Shown here in pieces: positions 61,908-64,000 of a stretch of 64,000 bases of DNA. This stretch comes from Acidimicrobiia bacterium (GTDB taxonomy: Bacteria > Actinomycetota > Acidimicrobiia > IMCC26256 > JAMXLJ01). Below the pieces are notes generated by a model, which ran no database searches, was not told the origin of the DNA, and was given only the letters and a program-made list of their open reading frames with translations. The translations under genes and the position numbers were made by a program. Each line of letters begins with the position of its first letter. Position 1 is the first letter of the stretch. The stretch lies in NCBI GenBank assembly GCA_024281095.1, contig JAMXLJ010000115.1:763-64762 (forward strand). The letters are read 5' to 3'.

Positions 61908-63040
61908 TGCACCCGGTTCCTTCTGTCGTTGAGCCTGCGGCGGACGAAGCCGACGTGACCGGGGCCGCGCCCGCCGATCACGCGCGCGATCAGGAACAGC
62001 GCGAGCACGATGATCACGAGCACGAACGCAGCGGTCCACGCGCGTTGTACCGGCCCGGCGAGCGGCTGTTTGTACAACTGCCAGATCATCAACGGGAGCG
62101 CCTGCTGCGCGCCGGAGAACGGGTTCGCGTTCGTCTTCGGATTGCCGAACGCGGTGAAGATGAGCGGTGCGGTCTCACCGACGACACGCGCGATGCCCAG
62201 GATGACCGCGGTGACGAGCCCGATGCGCGCCGTCGGCAATACGACCATGCGCGAGACACGCCATTCGGTGCCTCCCAGAGCGAGGGCACCCTCGCGTAGG
62301 CCGCCGGGAACGAGGCGCAGCACGACCTCCGCGGCCCGGGTGACGGTCGGCAACATGAGGATCGAGAGCGCGAGTGCCGCGAGGAAGCCCGAGAAGTGGA
62401 GGCCGAGCGACAGGTTGAGCGCGACATAGATGAACAGGCCGGCGAGGATCGACGGCACCGCGCTCATCGCGTCCACGAGCGTGCGCAGCGGCCGGGCCAT
62501 GCGGCCGCCGACCTCGTTGAGGAAGACCGCGCTCAGCACACCGAGCGGCACGCAGATGAGCGTGGCCAGACCGACCTCTTCGATCGTCCCGATGATCGCG
62601 TGGGCGCCGCCGCCGTCGGTCGCCTTGCTCAGTGGGCCGGTGAATTCCTGGGTCTGTGTGAAGAAGTTCGTTCGGAGCGCGTGGTAACCCCGGAAGACGA
62701 CGTACCCGAGGACGAAGCTGAGCGCGACCACCACGACGATCCCCGTGCTCGCCATGACGACAGACGCGACGCGATCCTTGGCGGCGAGCGGACCCCGCTG
62801 CTCGCGCGCTACGAAGCCGTACATCAGCAGAAACGCCGCGTACCAACAGATCCAGAAGCCGAGGCCGCCGCTCAACGGCGTGAGCCGCTCGTACACCAGC
62901 CAGTCGAGGCAGAACGCACTCAGGGCGCACGCGCCGAGCGCGGCCGCGTCGGCTCGGTCGAAGCGCCGGATCTTCACCCGGATCTCGTCGTCCTGCAGCG
63001 CCTGGGGCGGAGCCGACGGCGGCGTGATGGTCTGGCTCAT
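61904..63040 (-). CDS. pstA: Phosphate ABC transporter permease PstA
   Basis: ORF 61904..63040. It has GGAHAIIGTIEEVGLATLICVPLGVLSAVFLNE...REGALALGGTEWRVSRMVVLP...VGETAPLIFTA. Confidence 0.9.
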   Translation of the reverse strand: MSQTITPPSAPPQALQDDEIRVKIRRFDRADAAALGACALSAFCLDWLVYERLTPLSGGLGFWICWYAAFLLMYGFVAREQRGPLAAKDRVASVVMASTGIVVVVALSFVLGYVVFRGYHALRTNFFTQTQEFTGPLSKATDGGGAHAIIGTIEEVGLATLICVPLGVLSAVFLNEVGGRMARPLRTLVDAMSAVPSILAGLFIYVALNLSLGLHFSGFLAALALSILMLPTVTRAAEVVLRLVPGGLREGALALGGTEWRVSRMVVLPTARIGLVTAVILGIARVVGETAPLIFTAFGNPKTNANPFSGAQQALPLMIWQLYKQPLAGPVQRAWTAAFVLVIIVLALFLIARVIGGRGPGHVGFVRRRLNDRRNRVQ

Positions 63041-63043
63041 CGG

Positions 63044-64000
63044 TCAGATCTCCGTGGCCGCGCCCGAGCGCGACCGCGAGACGATCGCGGACGCGCCCGC
63101 GTTGACGAGCAGCGTGACGACGAACAGCGCGAGACCGGCCGCCATGAGCGCCCGCTGCGCGAACGGGGACGACTCGAAGAAGCGGTTGGCGATGAGCGCG
63201 GCGATCGAGTTCCCGCCGCCTTGGATGATGTGGATCGTCTTGTCCGTGATCGGCGAGATGATCAACGCGACCGCGATCGTCTCGCCGAGCGCGCGGCCGA
63301 GGCCGAGCATCGACCCGCCGATGATGCCGCCCCGCCCGAAGGGCAGCACCACCGCCCGGATCATCCCCCACCTGGTGCCCCCGAGCGCGAGCGCGCCTTC
63401 CTTCTCGCCCGGCGGCGCCTGCGAGAACACTTCCCGGATCACGGCCGTGCAGATCGGGATCACCATCAACGAGACGACGACGCCGGCGATGAACGTGGAC
63501 CCGGCAAAGGTGTTCGTCGTCACCTTGAAGATCGGGATGAACCCGAGGTGGCGAGCGAGCCACTTGCTCAGGTTCACCATCCTGGGCTCGAGGTACGCGC
63601 GCCCCCAGAGGCCGAACACGATGCTCGGCACCGCGGCGAGCAGGTCCACGAGCGAGGTCAAGGGCCGCCGCACCGCACGAGGCGCGTACTCGGTGATGTA
63701 GAGCGCCGTCGCGATCGATACGGGCACCGCGATCGTCAGCGCGACGATGGCGATCTCGAAGGTGAGGATCATCAGGGCGAAGATGCCGAATTGATGCGCG
63801 TCCGGATTCCACTTCGACTCGGTGAGGAAGCTCCAGCGCGCGTCGCGCAATGCCGGCCACGACCTGAGCAAGAGAAATAGGAAGATCAGGCCCATGACGA
63901 CGAGTGTCACCGCGCCGGCGGAGCGCGCGACCGCGCGATAAACCCGATCGGCCGGTGGGCGACTTACGCGTATTTCGAGTCGCTCTTCCCGAATGTCCTC
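63044..64000 (-). CDS. pstC: Phosphate ABC transporter permease PstC (5' end probably outside the window)
   Basis: ORF 63044..63910. It has EKEGALALGGTRWGMIRAVVLP...LGETIAVALI. The same frame stays open upstream to the window edge and reads ...RPPADRVYRAVARSAGAVTLVV..., which looks like a genuine PstC N-terminus with no start codon in 63911-64000. Confidence 0.88.
   Translation of the reverse strand, partial: EDIREERLEIRVSRPPADRVYRAVARSAGAVTLVVMGLIFLFLLLRSWPALRDARWSFLTESKWNPDAHQFGIFALMILTFEIAIVALTIAVPVSIATALYITEYAPRAVRRPLTSLVDLLAAVPSIVFGLWGRAYLEPRMVNLSKWLARHLGFIPIFKVTTNTFAGSTFIAGVVVSLMVIPICTAVIREVFSQAPPGEKEGALALGGTRWGMIRAVVLPFGRGGIIGGSMLGLGRALGETIAVALIISPITDKTIHIIQGGGNSIAALIANRFFESSPFAQRALMAAGLALFVVTLLVNAGASAIVSRSRSGAATEI

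Noticed and set aside
1-64000. A search by eye for tRNA/rRNA/tmRNA, CRISPR arrays, integrases, transposases, toxin-antitoxin pairs, restriction-modification systems and other defence genes.
   Set aside because: I saw no T-loop-like GGTTCGAATCC contexts and no regularly spaced repeats. No ORF carries a recombinase, nuclease, reverse-transcriptase or STAND-ATPase signature. The window looks like core chromosome rather than an accessory or defence island.

Overview
Very GC-rich (about 70 percent by eye, not computed), gene-dense chromosomal segment. It looks like a high-GC Actinomycetota genome: F420-type LLM oxidoreductase, DUF2630, many 4-nt ATGA/GTGA start-stop overlaps, and lipoprotein substrate-binding proteins. 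I call about 60 protein-coding genes, one clear TPP riboswitch and one strong bidirectional terminator hairpin. I found no rRNA, tRNA, CRISPR array, transposase, integrase or phage genes. Most long Arg/Pro-rich ORFs in the six-frame track are antisense shadows of real genes, as expected at this GC content. Blocks from left to right: (1) a stress or dormancy-type island at 1-8.2 kb (MscS, HdeD, a cNMP-gated TrxR-like flavoprotein plus Zn-finger thioredoxin, Clp-fold SDH protease, tandem USP, Hsp20, BON). (2) An envelope glycosylation cluster at 8.2-13.8 kb (GT-C, GT2 polyprenol-P glycosyltransferase, methyltransferase, flippase-like protein, Wzz/BY-kinase). (3) Flavin reductase, UbiA prenyltransferase and acyl-CoA ligase. 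(4) A GT28 glycolipid synthase fused to a degenerate NodB-like domain, followed by a NodB deacetylase. (5) Miscellaneous metabolism (LLM, acyl-CoA dehydrogenase, pdxH, dienelactone hydrolases, YhhN, ribB). (6) An OmpR/HK two-component pair. (7) A TPP-riboswitch-led operon thiN-thiBPQ that continues into an ALS-like TPP enzyme and an S9 peptidase homologue whose catalytic Ser is Gly. (8) A branched-chain keto-acid dehydrogenase module with a lipoyl-domain-less E2, a fused E1 alpha/beta and Leu/Val dehydrogenase. (9) LysR/TauE, a CoxMSL-type molybdo-hydroxylase and a Rieske-fusion protein. (10) pstC-pstA-pstB followed by a PstS paralogue with a C-terminal membrane anchor. I see no defence-island-like or mobile accessory system. 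The most promising candidates for undescribed biology are the extended TPP-riboswitch operon with its pseudo-peptidase, the Gtr-like glycosylation cluster, the GT28/NodB glycolipid module, the lipoyl-less E2 arrangement, the tail-anchored PstS paralogue and the 302-bp hairpin-rich intergenic region at 58.9-59.2 kb. All functional calls rest on recognising motifs in the translations. No database search was possible.
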